Assembly (NCBI GenBank): GCA_965207885.1
Contig: OZ242311.1
Location: 512,001-576,000 of the forward strand
Source: Candidatus Latescibacterota bacterium
Lineage (GTDB): Bacteria; Latescibacterota; UBA2968
Length of the DNA: 64,000 nucleotides
Direction: 5' to 3'
Position 1 is the first letter of the stretch. Each line of letters opens with the position of its first letter. The notes beneath the pieces are model-generated. The model ran no database searches. It was not told the origin of the DNA and worked only from the letters and a program-made list of their open reading frames with translations. Both the position numbers and the translations under genes were made by a program. Of the stretch, positions 16,606 to 26,752 are shown piece after piece.

Positions 16606-17934
16606 ATGAATGTGCAGGTGACCGAGTCGGGGACGTGGCGTCGAACATTGGAGATTGAGGCCCCGGCTGAGGATGTGGATAAGCGTCTCAATGACGCTTA
16701 CAGGAAATATAGCAAGACCCTTAATTTGCCGGGGTTTCGCAAGGGTAAAATTCCCCTGAGTGTTGTCAAACGGCAATTTGGGCCGGCCATCCAGGGTGAG
16801 GTTGTACAGGAGATGGTCGAGGAGTTTTACCGGGAGGCGAGTGAAGCCGAAGGTATTCAACCCGTTTCCCAGGCGAGTATTGACGATATCAATTTTGAAG
16901 AGGGACAACCTCTGGTGTTCAAGGCTTCTGTCGATGTCCGTCCAGAGATAACCGTGGAGACCTATAAGGAGCTGAAGGTGACGCGGCCCGTGTTTGCGGT
17001 TGAAGACGAGCATGTTGACAGTCGGCTGCGGTATATGCAAGAGGAGAGTGCGACCGAGCAGGTCGTGGAGCGCGCTGCCGATCTCGACGATGTGGTTTTT
17101 GCCGATGTCGAAGAACTCGATGAGGGCGGCAGTCCCGTGCCCGATCACGGGTCAGAAGATCAATCGATTCGGCTGTTTAAGACGGAAGACGGCAAGCCGA
17201 CTGATTTGGCAGAGCAATTGATGGGTATTTCGGCCGGTGAGTCCCGTGAGGTTAAAATTACGCGGCCCGTTCAGGATGAGCACGATCACGAGGATTGCGA
17301 TCACGACCACGATCCTGATGACCACGACGAAGGACCGAAAGAAGAAACCGTGATGTTTCGCGTGACGGCGAAAGAAATACGCGAGCGCGAGTTGCCCGAG
17401 TTGGATGACGAGTTGGCTCAGGATGTCGGCGGCGTGGAGACGTTGGACGAACTCAAGACGCAGATCCGCAATGAGATGCAGACGCAGTACGAGCAGATGA
17501 TTCGCCAGCGCGTTGAGGAAAATTTGATGGATGCGCTGATCGAGGAGAATCCTTTTGAGGTTCCCGATAGCATGGTCGAGAATTATCTCAATGGTATGAT
17601 TGAGTCATACAAGCAGGAGCAAGCGGGTCACGATCAAGGGATTGACGAAGATGCGCTTCGCGAGGAAGGGCGCGATCAAGCCGAGCGCGGTGTCAAACGC
17701 TTTTTGTTGCTGGATGCTGTTGCCGATCAGGAAAATATCGAGGTGACGGATGACGATCTGGACAAGCATCTCGAAGAGATGTCGCAACGGCACAATATTG
17801 AAGGGCCGCGTTTGCGTCAGATTTTGAGCCGAACCGAACAGCTTGATCAGATTGAGTCGGAGATTAAAACGCAGAAGACGTTTGATTTTCTCATCGATAA
17901 TGCAGATGTCGAAGATGTTGAGGAAGTTGAATAG
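16606..17934 (+). CDS. tig: Trigger factor
   Basis: LPGFRKGKIP ribosome-binding motif; upstream of clpPX. Confidence 0.95.
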   Translation: MNVQVTESGTWRRTLEIEAPAEDVDKRLNDAYRKYSKTLNLPGFRKGKIPLSVVKRQFGPAIQGEVVQEMVEEFYREASEAEGIQPVSQASIDDINFEEGQPLVFKASVDVRPEITVETYKELKVTRPVFAVEDEHVDSRLRYMQEESATEQVVERAADLDDVVFADVEELDEGGSPVPDHGSEDQSIRLFKTEDGKPTDLAEQLMGISAGESREVKITRPVQDEHDHEDCDHDHDPDDHDEGPKEETVMFRVTAKEIRERELPELDDELAQDVGGVETLDELKTQIRNEMQTQYEQMIRQRVEENLMDALIEENPFEVPDSMVENYLNGMIESYKQEQAGHDQGIDEDALREEGRDQAERGVKRFLLLDAVADQENIEVTDDDLDKHLEEMSQRHNIEGPRLRQILSRTEQLDQIESEIKTQKTFDFLIDNADVEDVEEVE

Positions 17935-18009
17935 ACGGAGCGGGGTACAACTGGTTCAGGCCAGTTCATAGACGGATTTTACATTTAAACATGGGATTTA
18001 AAATTAAAT

Positions 18010-18624
18010 ATGGCTCTGGTTCCTACAGTTCTTGAACAAACAGGGCGTGGCGAGCGCGCTTATGACATTTTTTCGCGGCTGTTGCGCGATAATATTATTT
18101 TTATTGGTACGCCGATCAACGATACGATTGCCAATCTGGTGATTGCCCAGATGTTGTTTTGCACATCTGAAACGCCCGAGAAGCCGATTCGGCTGTATAT
18201 CAATTCTCCCGGCGGCAGTATTACGGCGGGTTTGGCTATTTACGATACGATGCAATACGTGCCCAATGATGTTGAAACGCTTTGTGTGGGTCAGGCTTTT
18301 TCACTGGGTGCCGTGCTTCTTGCAGGGGGCACGAAGGGGCATCGCCGCGCATTGCCAAATTCGCGCATTTTGCTGCATCAACCCATTGGCGGTGCAGGCG
18401 GTCAGGCTTCGGATATCGAACGACACGCCGAAGAGATTTTGCAATATCGCGACCGTTTGAACGCCATTTTATCCGAATGTACGGGTCAGCCTATTGAGCG
18501 CATAGAAAGGGATGCAGACCGCGATTTCTTTATGTCGGCTGATGAGTCAAAGGAATATGGCCTGATTGACGAAGTGCTCAGTCCCGAGAGTTCCACCCCC
18601 GATATCGACGAAGCTTTGTCATGA
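18010..18624 (+). CDS. clpP: ATP-dependent Clp protease proteolytic subunit
   Basis: [19 protein letters not shown], Ser/His/Asp triad (AFSLG, LHQP, DRD). Confidence 0.97.
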   Translation: MALVPTVLEQTGRGERAYDIFSRLLRDNIIFIGTPINDTIANLVIAQMLFCTSETPEKPIRLYINSPGGSITAGLAIYDTMQYVPNDVETLCVGQAFSLGAVLLAGGTKGHRRALPNSRILLHQPIGGAGGQASDIERHAEEILQYRDRLNAILSECTGQPIERIERDADRDFFMSADESKEYGLIDEVLSPESSTPDIDEALS

Positions 18625-18638
18625 GGAAGTAGGGCGTT

Positions 18639-19886
18639 ATGAAACGACGGACATCCAGAGCAGAAATTCGCTGTTCTTTTTGTGGCAAGAGTGCCGATCA
18701 GGTCGATAAGATCGTCACCGGCCCGAGCGTGAATATTTGCAGCGAGTGTATCAAGCTGTGCAATGAGGTTTTGCGAGAGGACGATCTCAAAAAGCCCGTG
18801 ACGCTTCACAAAGGGTTGCCCAAGCCGCAGGAAATTAAGACGCGTCTCGACGATTATGTAATTGGCCAGGAGCGCGCCAAGCGCGTTCTTTCGGTTGCGG
18901 TGTATAATCACTACAAGCGCATTCGGTCCAATCAGTCTGCGGATGATGTCGAACTCGATAAGAGCAATATTTTGCTTATGGGACCCACGGGTACTGGCAA
19001 GACGCTTTTGGCACAAACGCTGGCGCGTATTTTGCAGGTTCCATTTTCGATTGCCGATGCCACTATTTTGACCGAAGCAGGATATGTTGGCGAAGATGTT
19101 GAGAATATTCTGGTGCGCCTACTTCAGGCGGCGGATTACGATGTGGCGCAGGCAGAGATGGGTATTTTGTATTTGGACGAGGTCGATAAAATTTCTCGAA
19201 AGTCGGCCAATCCATCTATTACGCGCGATGTGTCTGGGGAAGGTGTTCAGCAAGCGTTGTTGAAGATTCTGGAAGGTACGGTGGCGAGTATTCCGCCCAA
19301 GGGGGGGCGCAAGCATCCCGAACAACCTCTGATTCAGCTCAATACCAAAAATATTCTGTTTATCTGTGGCGGTGCATTTGATGGTTTGGAAAGCGTTATT
19401 AGCACTCGCATCGGCAAGAAGACCATTGGTTTTGGAGCTGATTCGAACGATTTGGATGAGCAAAGTACCGGTGAGATTTTCCAGCATGCCGAGCCAGAAG
19501 ATTTGATCAAATACGGTTTGATTCCAGAACTGGTTGGGCGGATGCCCGTGATGTGTGCGTTGAGTGAGTTGGATGAGGCTGCACTGTTGCAGATTTTGAC
19601 GGAACCGCAAAATGCGATTACCAAGCAATATCAAAAGTTGTTCGAACTCGATGGGGTTGAGCTGACTTTTGAGGATGACGCACTGCGCGAGGTTGTGCGC
19701 ATTACACAGGAAAAGGGTACAGGCGCGCGCGGGTTGCGGTCGGTTCTCGAGACTGTTATGACGGATTTGATGTACGATATACCCTCCAATGAGGACCTGA
19801 CCGAGATCACAGTGACCCTCGATATGGTTCAAAATCGCAACAAGCCGCGTATGGAAGTTCTCGAATCCACACAAAAAAGCGCTTAA
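18639..19886 (+). CDS. clpX: Clp protease ATP-binding subunit
   Basis: CSFC..CSEC zinc finger, [15 protein letters not shown] loop. Confidence 0.98.
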   Translation: MKRRTSRAEIRCSFCGKSADQVDKIVTGPSVNICSECIKLCNEVLREDDLKKPVTLHKGLPKPQEIKTRLDDYVIGQERAKRVLSVAVYNHYKRIRSNQSADDVELDKSNILLMGPTGTGKTLLAQTLARILQVPFSIADATILTEAGYVGEDVENILVRLLQAADYDVAQAEMGILYLDEVDKISRKSANPSITRDVSGEGVQQALLKILEGTVASIPPKGGRKHPEQPLIQLNTKNILFICGGAFDGLESVISTRIGKKTIGFGADSNDLDEQSTGEIFQHAEPEDLIKYGLIPELVGRMPVMCALSELDEAALLQILTEPQNAITKQYQKLFELDGVELTFEDDALREVVRITQEKGTGARGLRSVLETVMTDLMYDIPSNEDLTEITVTLDMVQNRNKPRMEVLESTQKSA

Positions 19887-19962
19887 AAAGATAGATATTT
19901 CCCACAGATGGGGAACCGGGGCCGAATTGGACCCCGGTTTTCGTTTGTGTGAAAGGGCGGTC

Positions 19963-20550
19963 ATGCAATTCCATTCTGTCGAATTTGTTACGAGTGTTGG
20001 CTTTTTGAGGCAGTTGCCTCGCGATGGGATGGCCGAGATTGCATTTGCGGGGCGTTCCAATGTAGGCAAGTCGTCGTTGCTCAATCGGCTGTTCAATCGA
20101 AAAAATTTGGCGAAGACGAGTAGCACGCCCGGCAAGACGCGGACGCTGAATTTTTACCGCGTAAATCACGCGTATTATTTTGTCGATTTGCCCGGTTATG
20201 GCTATGCAAAGCGCAGTTGGGAAGAGCGCCAGGCGTGGGGAAAGCTGATTGAGGGGTATGTGCAGGATCGGCCTTCAATCAGGGGTTTTGTTCAGTTGAT
20301 CGATGCGAGGCACGATCCGAGCCGAGATGATTTGCAGATGATCGACTGGCTGGTACACGGCAACAAGCCGTTTGTGGTGGTTGCTACCAAGGCGGATAAG
20401 TTGTCGGGTCATAAACTCAAGAATCGATTGGATCAAACCCGTCGGATGCTCGCTTTGCACGGCGATTTTGACCTTGTGCCGTTTTCCGCGACGACGGGTC
20501 GCGGTAAGGATGCGGTTTGGCGGTGGATTGGAGAGGTGCTGAATGTTTGA
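19963..20550 (+). CDS. engB: Ribosome biogenesis GTPase YihA/YsxC
   Basis: GRSNVGKSS, DLPGYG, TKADK. Confidence 0.95.
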   Translation: MQFHSVEFVTSVGFLRQLPRDGMAEIAFAGRSNVGKSSLLNRLFNRKNLAKTSSTPGKTRTLNFYRVNHAYYFVDLPGYGYAKRSWEERQAWGKLIEGYVQDRPSIRGFVQLIDARHDPSRDDLQMIDWLVHGNKPFVVVATKADKLSGHKLKNRLDQTRRMLALHGDFDLVPFSATTGRGKDAVWRWIGEVLNV

Positions 20551-21643
20551 CTATCGGGTAAAGAATGCCGAGGAGATTCCCACGCCTGCGCTGTTGGTTT
20601 ACAAGGAGGCGGTGGCGCATAATATTCGCGCGATTGGAGATATGATGGGCGGGTATGCGCGTTTGCGTCCGCATATTAAGACGCATAAGATGTCGCAGAT
20701 TGCGCGTATGGAGATGGATGAGGGGATTGATAAGTTTAAGTGTGCAACGCCCAAAGAGGCGGCGATGCTCGCTGCGATTGGTGCGACCGATGTGTTGATT
20801 TCTTATCATATCGTGGGGGCAAATATTGGGCGCGTGGTGGATTTGAAGCGGTTGTATCCCGATGCCGACTTGAAAGTTATTGCGGATGATGGGGATGCGA
20901 TTCAGGCGTTGTCCGATGCCTGCACATCGGCGGGTGTGAGTCTGGGTGTTATGGTGGATGTCAATACGGGGATGGATCGCACGGGTGCATTGCCCGGCGC
21001 GCCTTCGCTGGCTCTGGCACAGCAGATTGCACAGTCGTCGGGGTTGTGTTTTGTGGGTTTGCATGTGTATGATGGGCATGTGGGTGATTTCGATGCGGAT
21101 ATGCGTCAAAAGACGGCGTTTGAGTCGATTGAGCGGGCTGTTGAGACCCGGTGTCTGATAGAGCAGTCTGGGATTGAGGTTGAGAAATTGGTGGCTTCGG
21201 GGTCGCCGGGTTTTGAGCATACGCAACGGGTGGATGGGGTGGATGAGGTCTCGCCCGGTACGTGGATTTTTTGGGATACCGGATATGGTGACAAGTTGCA
21301 GAGTCCCTTTGAATGGGCAGCACTAATTTTGTCCAGTGTGATCAGTACGACTCGCGCAGACCTCGTTACATTGGACGCGGGCAGCAAGTCGGTTGCGCCC
21401 GATACGCCTGTGCCCCATTTTCGCGCGTTGGGGTTGTCAGATGAGATTGCGTTTGTGCGGCGCAATGAGGAACACCAGTTGTTGCAACTGCCGGAGGGCA
21501 CACCGAGACCGCGTGTGGGCGATCAATTTTATCTGGTGCCGCGCCATGTGTGTACGACCGTGAATTTGTGGGATGAGGTGTGTGTGATTGATGAAGACGG
21601 GATGTTTGTAGAGACATGGGCCGTGGATGCGAGAGGGCATTGA
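20543..21643 (+). CDS. D-threonine aldolase / DSD1 family PLP enzyme
   Basis: TPALLV, RPHIKTHK, YDGH, NEEH, PRHVCTTVNL. Confidence 0.88.
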   Translation: MFDYRVKNAEEIPTPALLVYKEAVAHNIRAIGDMMGGYARLRPHIKTHKMSQIARMEMDEGIDKFKCATPKEAAMLAAIGATDVLISYHIVGANIGRVVDLKRLYPDADLKVIADDGDAIQALSDACTSAGVSLGVMVDVNTGMDRTGALPGAPSLALAQQIAQSSGLCFVGLHVYDGHVGDFDADMRQKTAFESIERAVETRCLIEQSGIEVEKLVASGSPGFEHTQRVDGVDEVSPGTWIFWDTGYGDKLQSPFEWAALILSSVISTTRADLVTLDAGSKSVAPDTPVPHFRALGLSDEIAFVRRNEEHQLLQLPEGTPRPRVGDQFYLVPRHVCTTVNLWDEVCVIDEDGMFVETWAVDARGH

Positions 21644-23230
21644 GTGAAAATGGAAAAGGTTCTGATCGCCGATTCTCTGGCCGATGGCTGGCAGAATGTT
21701 TTCGTTTCTTCAGATGTAGAAGTCGATGTGAATACGGGTCTGTCTGAAGATGCCTTGTGTGAGATTATCGGCGATTATGCCGGGCTGATTGTGCGCAGTG
21801 CAACGCGGGTTACGCAACGGGTGATTGAGGCGGGTGTGAATCTTCGCGCGATTGGTCGGGCGGGTGCTGGTGTGGATAATATCGATGTGGATGCCGCGAC
21901 TGAGCGGGGGATTGTGGTGATGAATGCACCGGGCGGCAATACGATTTCTGCCGCTGAGTACGCGATGGCTATGATGATGGCGCTGTCTCGCAATATCCCC
22001 CAGGCGACGGCATCGCTTAAAGCTGGCGAATGGGAGCGCGGCAAATATACGGGTGTTGAATTATACGGCAAGACTTTGGGCATTATTGGCGTGGGGCGCG
22101 TCGGTCAGCAGGTGGCGCGACGCGCGCATGCGTTTGGTATGACGTTGTTGGGTGCCGATCCCTTTTTGTCGGATGATCTGGCGCGGCAGTTGCATATACA
22201 GCAGGCTTCTTACGATGAGATTTTTGCCAGGTCGGATTATATTACGTTGCACGCAGCGTTTACAGATCAGACGCATCATCTCATTTCTGAATCGGCGCTT
22301 GCAAGGTGCAAAGATGGGGTGCGTATTATTAATTGCGCCCGGGGTGAGCTTGTGGATGAGAAGGCACTTGTCAGGGCGATTGAAGCGGGTAAGGTCGCAG
22401 GGGCTGCATTGGATGTGTTTGGCGAAGAGCCGCCTGCGGTTGATCATCCGCTGATTAAAAGGCCAGAGGTGGTTTCTACGCCGCATCTGGGGGCTTCGAC
22501 ATTTGAGGCGCAGGAAAATGTGGCGCGGCAGATTGCCATGGATTTGCGCGATGCACTGCAGGGTAAGCCCGTTCAAAGTGGTATCAATTTGCCGCCGATT
22601 GATCCCGAGTATCTCGATGCGATCAGTCCTTATTTGTCGCTGGCAGAAAAGGTGGGGTCGCTGCACGCGCAACTTATGGGCGGGCATTTGCACAGGGTGG
22701 TTAATCGCTATCAGGGTGTGATTCAGGAATACGCTACGGCGCCGCTTACGGCTGCGGTTTTAAAAGGTCTTTTTGAATATCAGGCCGAGGAGCCGGTGAC
22801 GCTGGTCAACGCGCCTTTGTGGGCTAAGGCGCGCAGCATTCGGGTCGAAGAGTCCAAGAGCAGTCACGCGGATTATAGCAATTTGATTACGATAGATGTC
22901 GAGACTTCGGAAGAGACGACATCGATTTCGGCGACGGTTTTTGGGCGCCGGGATTTGCGGTTGGTTCGCATAGATGATATTGAGGTGAAGGCAAAGCTCG
23001 AGGGGAATATGATTGTTTTGGGCAATCGTGATGTGCCCGGTGTGGTGGGGCATATGGGCAATTTGTTTGCGGTAAATGGGATCAATATTTCCGATATGGC
23101 GCTGGGGCGCAGGAGCCAGGGCGGCGAGGCGATTATGGTTTTTAATATCGATACGCCGGTGCAAGATGAGGTGCTGGCCGATATTGTGTCTCAGGAGTTT
23201 GTGAACTGGGTTAAACAGGTGAAGCTATAA
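21644..23230 (+). CDS. serA: D-3-phosphoglycerate dehydrogenase
   Basis: GRAGAGVDNID, GVGRVG, INCARG, TPHLGAST, ASB and ACT C-terminal domains. Confidence 0.95.
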   Translation: MKMEKVLIADSLADGWQNVFVSSDVEVDVNTGLSEDALCEIIGDYAGLIVRSATRVTQRVIEAGVNLRAIGRAGAGVDNIDVDAATERGIVVMNAPGGNTISAAEYAMAMMMALSRNIPQATASLKAGEWERGKYTGVELYGKTLGIIGVGRVGQQVARRAHAFGMTLLGADPFLSDDLARQLHIQQASYDEIFARSDYITLHAAFTDQTHHLISESALARCKDGVRIINCARGELVDEKALVRAIEAGKVAGAALDVFGEEPPAVDHPLIKRPEVVSTPHLGASTFEAQENVARQIAMDLRDALQGKPVQSGINLPPIDPEYLDAISPYLSLAEKVGSLHAQLMGGHLHRVVNRYQGVIQEYATAPLTAAVLKGLFEYQAEEPVTLVNAPLWAKARSIRVEESKSSHADYSNLITIDVETSEETTSISATVFGRRDLRLVRIDDIEVKAKLEGNMIVLGNRDVPGVVGHMGNLFAVNGINISDMALGRRSQGGEAIMVFNIDTPVQDEVLADIVSQEFVNWVKQVKL

Positions 23231-23265
23231 GAAGTGTGAAGGGCAAAGGATATTGGATTATTTTT

Positions 23266-23290
23266 GTAGGGGCGGGTCTTGTGCCCGCCC
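23266..23290 (+). repeat. GTAG-type REP palindrome
   Basis: GTAG-GGGCGGG-TCTTGTG-CCCGCCC. Confidence 0.7.
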
Positions 23291-23323
23291 GTCATCGCGG
23301 TATGGTGTTGAGCCGCGATCCAG
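23291..23323 (+). repeat. GTCAT...ATCCAG REP-like palindrome, copy 1
   Basis: Second copy with compensatory changes at 50405-50437. Confidence 0.7.
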
Positions 23324-23368
23324 GAAGTTTTTGCTGATCGCTGATCGCTTATTAGAAAAGGGAAAAAA

Positions 23369-24646
23369 ATGTCTGTTTCAGCAATTGTAGGTGCAAATTG
23401 GGGTGATGAAGGCAAGGGCAAGATGACGGATGTTCTGGCTCGGGATTCCGATTTTGTTATTCGCTTCCAGGGTGGCAATAATGCCGGGCATACGATTATT
23501 AATGAGTATGGAAAATTTGCCCTTCACCTTTTGCCTTCGGGCGTGTTTTATCCGCATACGACGAATATTCTCGGTACGGGGATTGCGTTGAATATTCCGG
23601 CTTTTATAGAGGAGGTGGATGATCTGATTGCCCGCGGCGTGCCGAAGCCAAATCTGTGTATTTCTGAGCGCGCGCAGGTGTTGCTTCCCTATCATCTTCT
23701 TATGGATGTGTACGAGGAGGAGCGGTTGGGGGATCGAAAGTACGGTTCGACCAAGTCGGGTATTGCGCCGTTTTATTCGGATAAGTATTTGAAGGTGGGG
23801 GTTCAGGTTGCCGATTTGTACGATGAGGGCCGCTTGCGCGACCGCGTCGCGCGCGCGCTGGAGGTGAAGAATGTGCTTTTTGAGCATTTGTACCACAAGC
23901 CGCTGATGTCTCTGGAGGAAATTGTGCCCGATTTGATGGCGGCCGGAGAGCAGATTGCGCCCTATGTTTGCGATACGTCGTTGTTGCTCCACAATGCGCT
24001 GAAGGAGAATAAGAAGATTCTCGTGGAGGGGCAGTTGGGTGCTTTGCGCGATCCGGATCACGGTATTTATCCCTATCCGACGTCTTCTTCTACTTTGGCG
24101 GGTTTTGCGTCGATTGGGGCGGGTATTCCACCTCATTCGATTACGCAGGTTGTCGCTGTTGCCAAGGCGTATTCTTCTTGCGTGGGGGCGGGTCCTTTTA
24201 TTTCTGAAATTTTTGGCGAGGAGGCGGATGAGCTTCGCGAGCGGGGCGGCGATGCAGGGGAGTACGGTGCGACGACGGGGAGACCCCGCAGGATGGGCTG
24301 GTTCGATGCTGTTGCTACGCGCTATGGGTGTCGCATGCAAGGGGCGACAGCGGTTGCGTTGTCGCTGCTCGATGTGCTGGGTTATCTCGATGAGATTCCG
24401 GTTTGTACGGCTTATGAGATCGATGGGGAGAAGACAGATATTTTTCCGGTTCCATCTCTGCTCGACCGGGCGACGCCTGTGCTGGAAAAGTTGCCGGGTT
24501 GGAGAACAGATATTTCTTCAGTGCGCGAGTTTTCGGATTTGCCGACGAATGCTCAGAGTTATGTGAAGCATATCGAGGCATGGCTCGAGGTTCCGGTGAA
24601 GTGGATTTCAGTGGGTCCGAGGCGGGAGGATATTATTGAGATGTAA
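23369..24646 (+). CDS. purA: Adenylosuccinate synthetase
   Basis: GANWGDEGKGK, GGNNAGHT, EYGATTGRPRR. Confidence 0.98.
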   Translation: MSVSAIVGANWGDEGKGKMTDVLARDSDFVIRFQGGNNAGHTIINEYGKFALHLLPSGVFYPHTTNILGTGIALNIPAFIEEVDDLIARGVPKPNLCISERAQVLLPYHLLMDVYEEERLGDRKYGSTKSGIAPFYSDKYLKVGVQVADLYDEGRLRDRVARALEVKNVLFEHLYHKPLMSLEEIVPDLMAAGEQIAPYVCDTSLLLHNALKENKKILVEGQLGALRDPDHGIYPYPTSSSTLAGFASIGAGIPPHSITQVVAVAKAYSSCVGAGPFISEIFGEEADELRERGGDAGEYGATTGRPRRMGWFDAVATRYGCRMQGATAVALSLLDVLGYLDEIPVCTAYEIDGEKTDIFPVPSLLDRATPVLEKLPGWRTDISSVREFSDLPTNAQSYVKHIEAWLEVPVKWISVGPRREDIIEM

Positions 24647-24673
24647 TGGTGTGAGTGTGGATCCTTATCTGAG

Positions 24674-24702
24674 AAGCCCGTCCAAAAGGACGGGCTTTTT
24701 TT
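24674..24702 (+). terminator. Intrinsic terminator after purA
   Basis: AAGCCCGTCC-AAAA-GGACGGGCTT plus T run. Confidence 0.88.
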
Positions 24703-24786
24703 GTACAGGAGGACGGTGTTTTGAAGAAACTTTGAATGTTTCGATTTTGTCAAAGAATATGCAGAATATTACATCAACTATAATTT

Positions 24787-25497
24787 ATGGAGGCAAATTC
24801 GATGTCACCTCTTCCCGTTGGAGATTTTGTGCCGTCTGTGTCTGAAGTGCGTATTCCGCGGCGAATGGAATATGAAGGTGAGTATATTGCGCTATCGCCA
24901 CTCGATTCCGAAAGGGATGCGCCCGGGTTGTTCGCATGTTCGCACGGGACGGAACTCGTGGAGCAGTTGTGGACGTATATGGCGTATGGGTCTTTTGAAG
25001 ATGTGTCGGACATGCAGGCGTGGCTTGAGGGGATTGAGCGTTCAGAGGATCCTCTCTTTTTGAGTGTTCGGGACAGAGCTTCTGATCGGCCTGTTGGGAT
25101 GGTGAGTTTTTTGAATATTGCGCCTGATGCAAGGCGGTTGGAGCTTGGGAATATCTGGTATGGTCCGGAGGCACAAAATACGTGTGCGAATACCGAGGCG
25201 GCGTATCTCATGCTTTGCGAGGCGTTTGATAGTATGCGTTATCGCCGCGTAGAGTGGAAGTGTGATGCGCTCAATGAACGCTCGCGGTCTGCCGCACTCC
25301 GCCTGGGGTTCACTTATGAAGGGCTGTTTCGCCAGCATATGATTGTGAAAGACCGAAATCGGGATACGACGTGGTTTTCTATGCTGGATACCGAATGGTC
25401 CCGGGTTAAAGACAATATGGAGCAATGGCTGTATCACAATCCGGATAAGTCCTGGTCGTTGAGGGAAAAGAATCAAGGGTTGGGTTGCGCGAGGTAG
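24787..25497 (+). CDS. RimJ/RimL-type GNAT acetyltransferase
   Basis: YRRVEWKCDALNERSRSAALRLGFTYEGLFRQH, RNRDTTWFS. Confidence 0.9.
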   Translation: MEANSMSPLPVGDFVPSVSEVRIPRRMEYEGEYIALSPLDSERDAPGLFACSHGTELVEQLWTYMAYGSFEDVSDMQAWLEGIERSEDPLFLSVRDRASDRPVGMVSFLNIAPDARRLELGNIWYGPEAQNTCANTEAAYLMLCEAFDSMRYRRVEWKCDALNERSRSAALRLGFTYEGLFRQHMIVKDRNRDTTWFSMLDTEWSRVKDNMEQWLYHNPDKSWSLREKNQGLGCAR

Positions 25498-25757
25498 CGG
25501 TACATATCTTTCACATGAACGCCCGTTCAGGGTTCAAAATGTACCCTTTTGCATCCCGGCGCGTTCCGTTTGTATGTGCCTCCAAAGGCGATCCATATAT
25601 TCAAGTTAAGGCGCAATACAGTATATTAAAAGCATGATGAGGGTGCTTGAGCTTCTGTCCATAACATTATCGCTCAATTCTGTGACGTTGGCTTGATATT
25701 TGCTCAGGGTCTGACTGTTGTGTATAAACTTCACCCATCAGACTCAGGGCATTCCAC

Positions 25758-26663
25758 ATGGCCGAATATGACACCATCTCCAAACATCTGATCCAAACCT
25801 ACCCCAAAGACTTCATCCAATTCACACTTGGACATGAGGATGTAGAAGTCCTCGACATCCTCAACACAGAGCAAAATACGGTTGATACACGACATACCGA
25901 TAGCCTTATCCGCGTCCATATCGCGGGTAAGGAGGTATTGGTGCATCATGAGTTTCAAACCACTGACGATCCATCTATGCCGCTCCGCATGGCGGGCTAT
26001 ATTATACGGGCGATAGAGCGTCACGACCTGCCGATTTATTCCAGTGTGATCTACTTACGGCGCAGTGCAGGTCGGCGCGATCCAGGGCACTTTGTTCAGG
26101 AAATATCCGGCCGTCGCGTTGTGATAGAATACACAGTGATTCGGCTCAGTGAGATAGAGGGACAGGATATTCTTGATGGCGGACCTTCGGGCTTGTTTCC
26201 GTTTGCATCATTGATGAAACATCCTGTTGGGATAGATTCAGAGGGGTGGTTGCGTCACTGTGTTGACGCGACGAATGCGCTGCCGGTGGATGAATCAATA
26301 AAGGTTGACTTTTTGGGCAGGTTGATGATATTGAGTGGGTTAGAGTATGATCCGACACTGATCAATCGTATTCTATTACAGGAGGGTCTTATGGATGCCA
26401 TTATGCGCGAATCGTCGTTTGCTCAATACATTAAGCAACTGGGTATTGAGCAGGGTAGAGAGGAAGGTATTGAGCAAGGGGGCAGGCAACGCGCCGTTGA
26501 AGATATTCTTGAAGTGTTGGAGATTCGATTTGACCTGAGCGAAGCACACCCTCTATCTGCTCGCATTGCCGCGATTGACGATTTGCAACGCCTGAAGCAG
26601 TTGCTCCGTGCGGCGATACAGGTGTCCAATCTTGAGGCATTTGAGCAAGCGTTGGATGCGTGA
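25758..26663 (+). CDS. Rpn / PD-(D/E)XK recombination-promoting nuclease
   Basis: YDTISK, DSL...HHEFQT...MPLRMAGY, IEQGREEGIEQG repeats, DUF4351-like tail. Confidence 0.88.
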   Translation: MAEYDTISKHLIQTYPKDFIQFTLGHEDVEVLDILNTEQNTVDTRHTDSLIRVHIAGKEVLVHHEFQTTDDPSMPLRMAGYIIRAIERHDLPIYSSVIYLRRSAGRRDPGHFVQEISGRRVVIEYTVIRLSEIEGQDILDGGPSGLFPFASLMKHPVGIDSEGWLRHCVDATNALPVDESIKVDFLGRLMILSGLEYDPTLINRILLQEGLMDAIMRESSFAQYIKQLGIEQGREEGIEQGGRQRAVEDILEVLEIRFDLSEAHPLSARIAAIDDLQRLKQLLRAAIQVSNLEAFEQALDA

Positions 26664-26694
26664 CTTCTGGCTGTATCTCTTTATAATACACCAA

Positions 26695-26729
26695 ACCCCA
26701 GACGATTTTTCGCCTGGGGTCTTGTTTTT
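26695..26729 (+). terminator. Probable terminator after rpn
   Basis: ACCCCAG...CTGGGGT stem followed by T-rich tail. Confidence 0.55.
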
Positions 26730-26752
26730 AATTTTTTCCAAAGGAGTCCACC

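Noticed and set aside
19119-20135. 338-aa minus-strand ORF
   Set aside because: Antisense shadow of clpX/engB
15171-23230. pdxH/pdxJ with D-threonine-aldolase-like and serA as a novel B6 bypass
   Set aside because: Separated by the tig-clpPX promoter and operon, and the stereochemistry does not fit; proximity alone is insufficient
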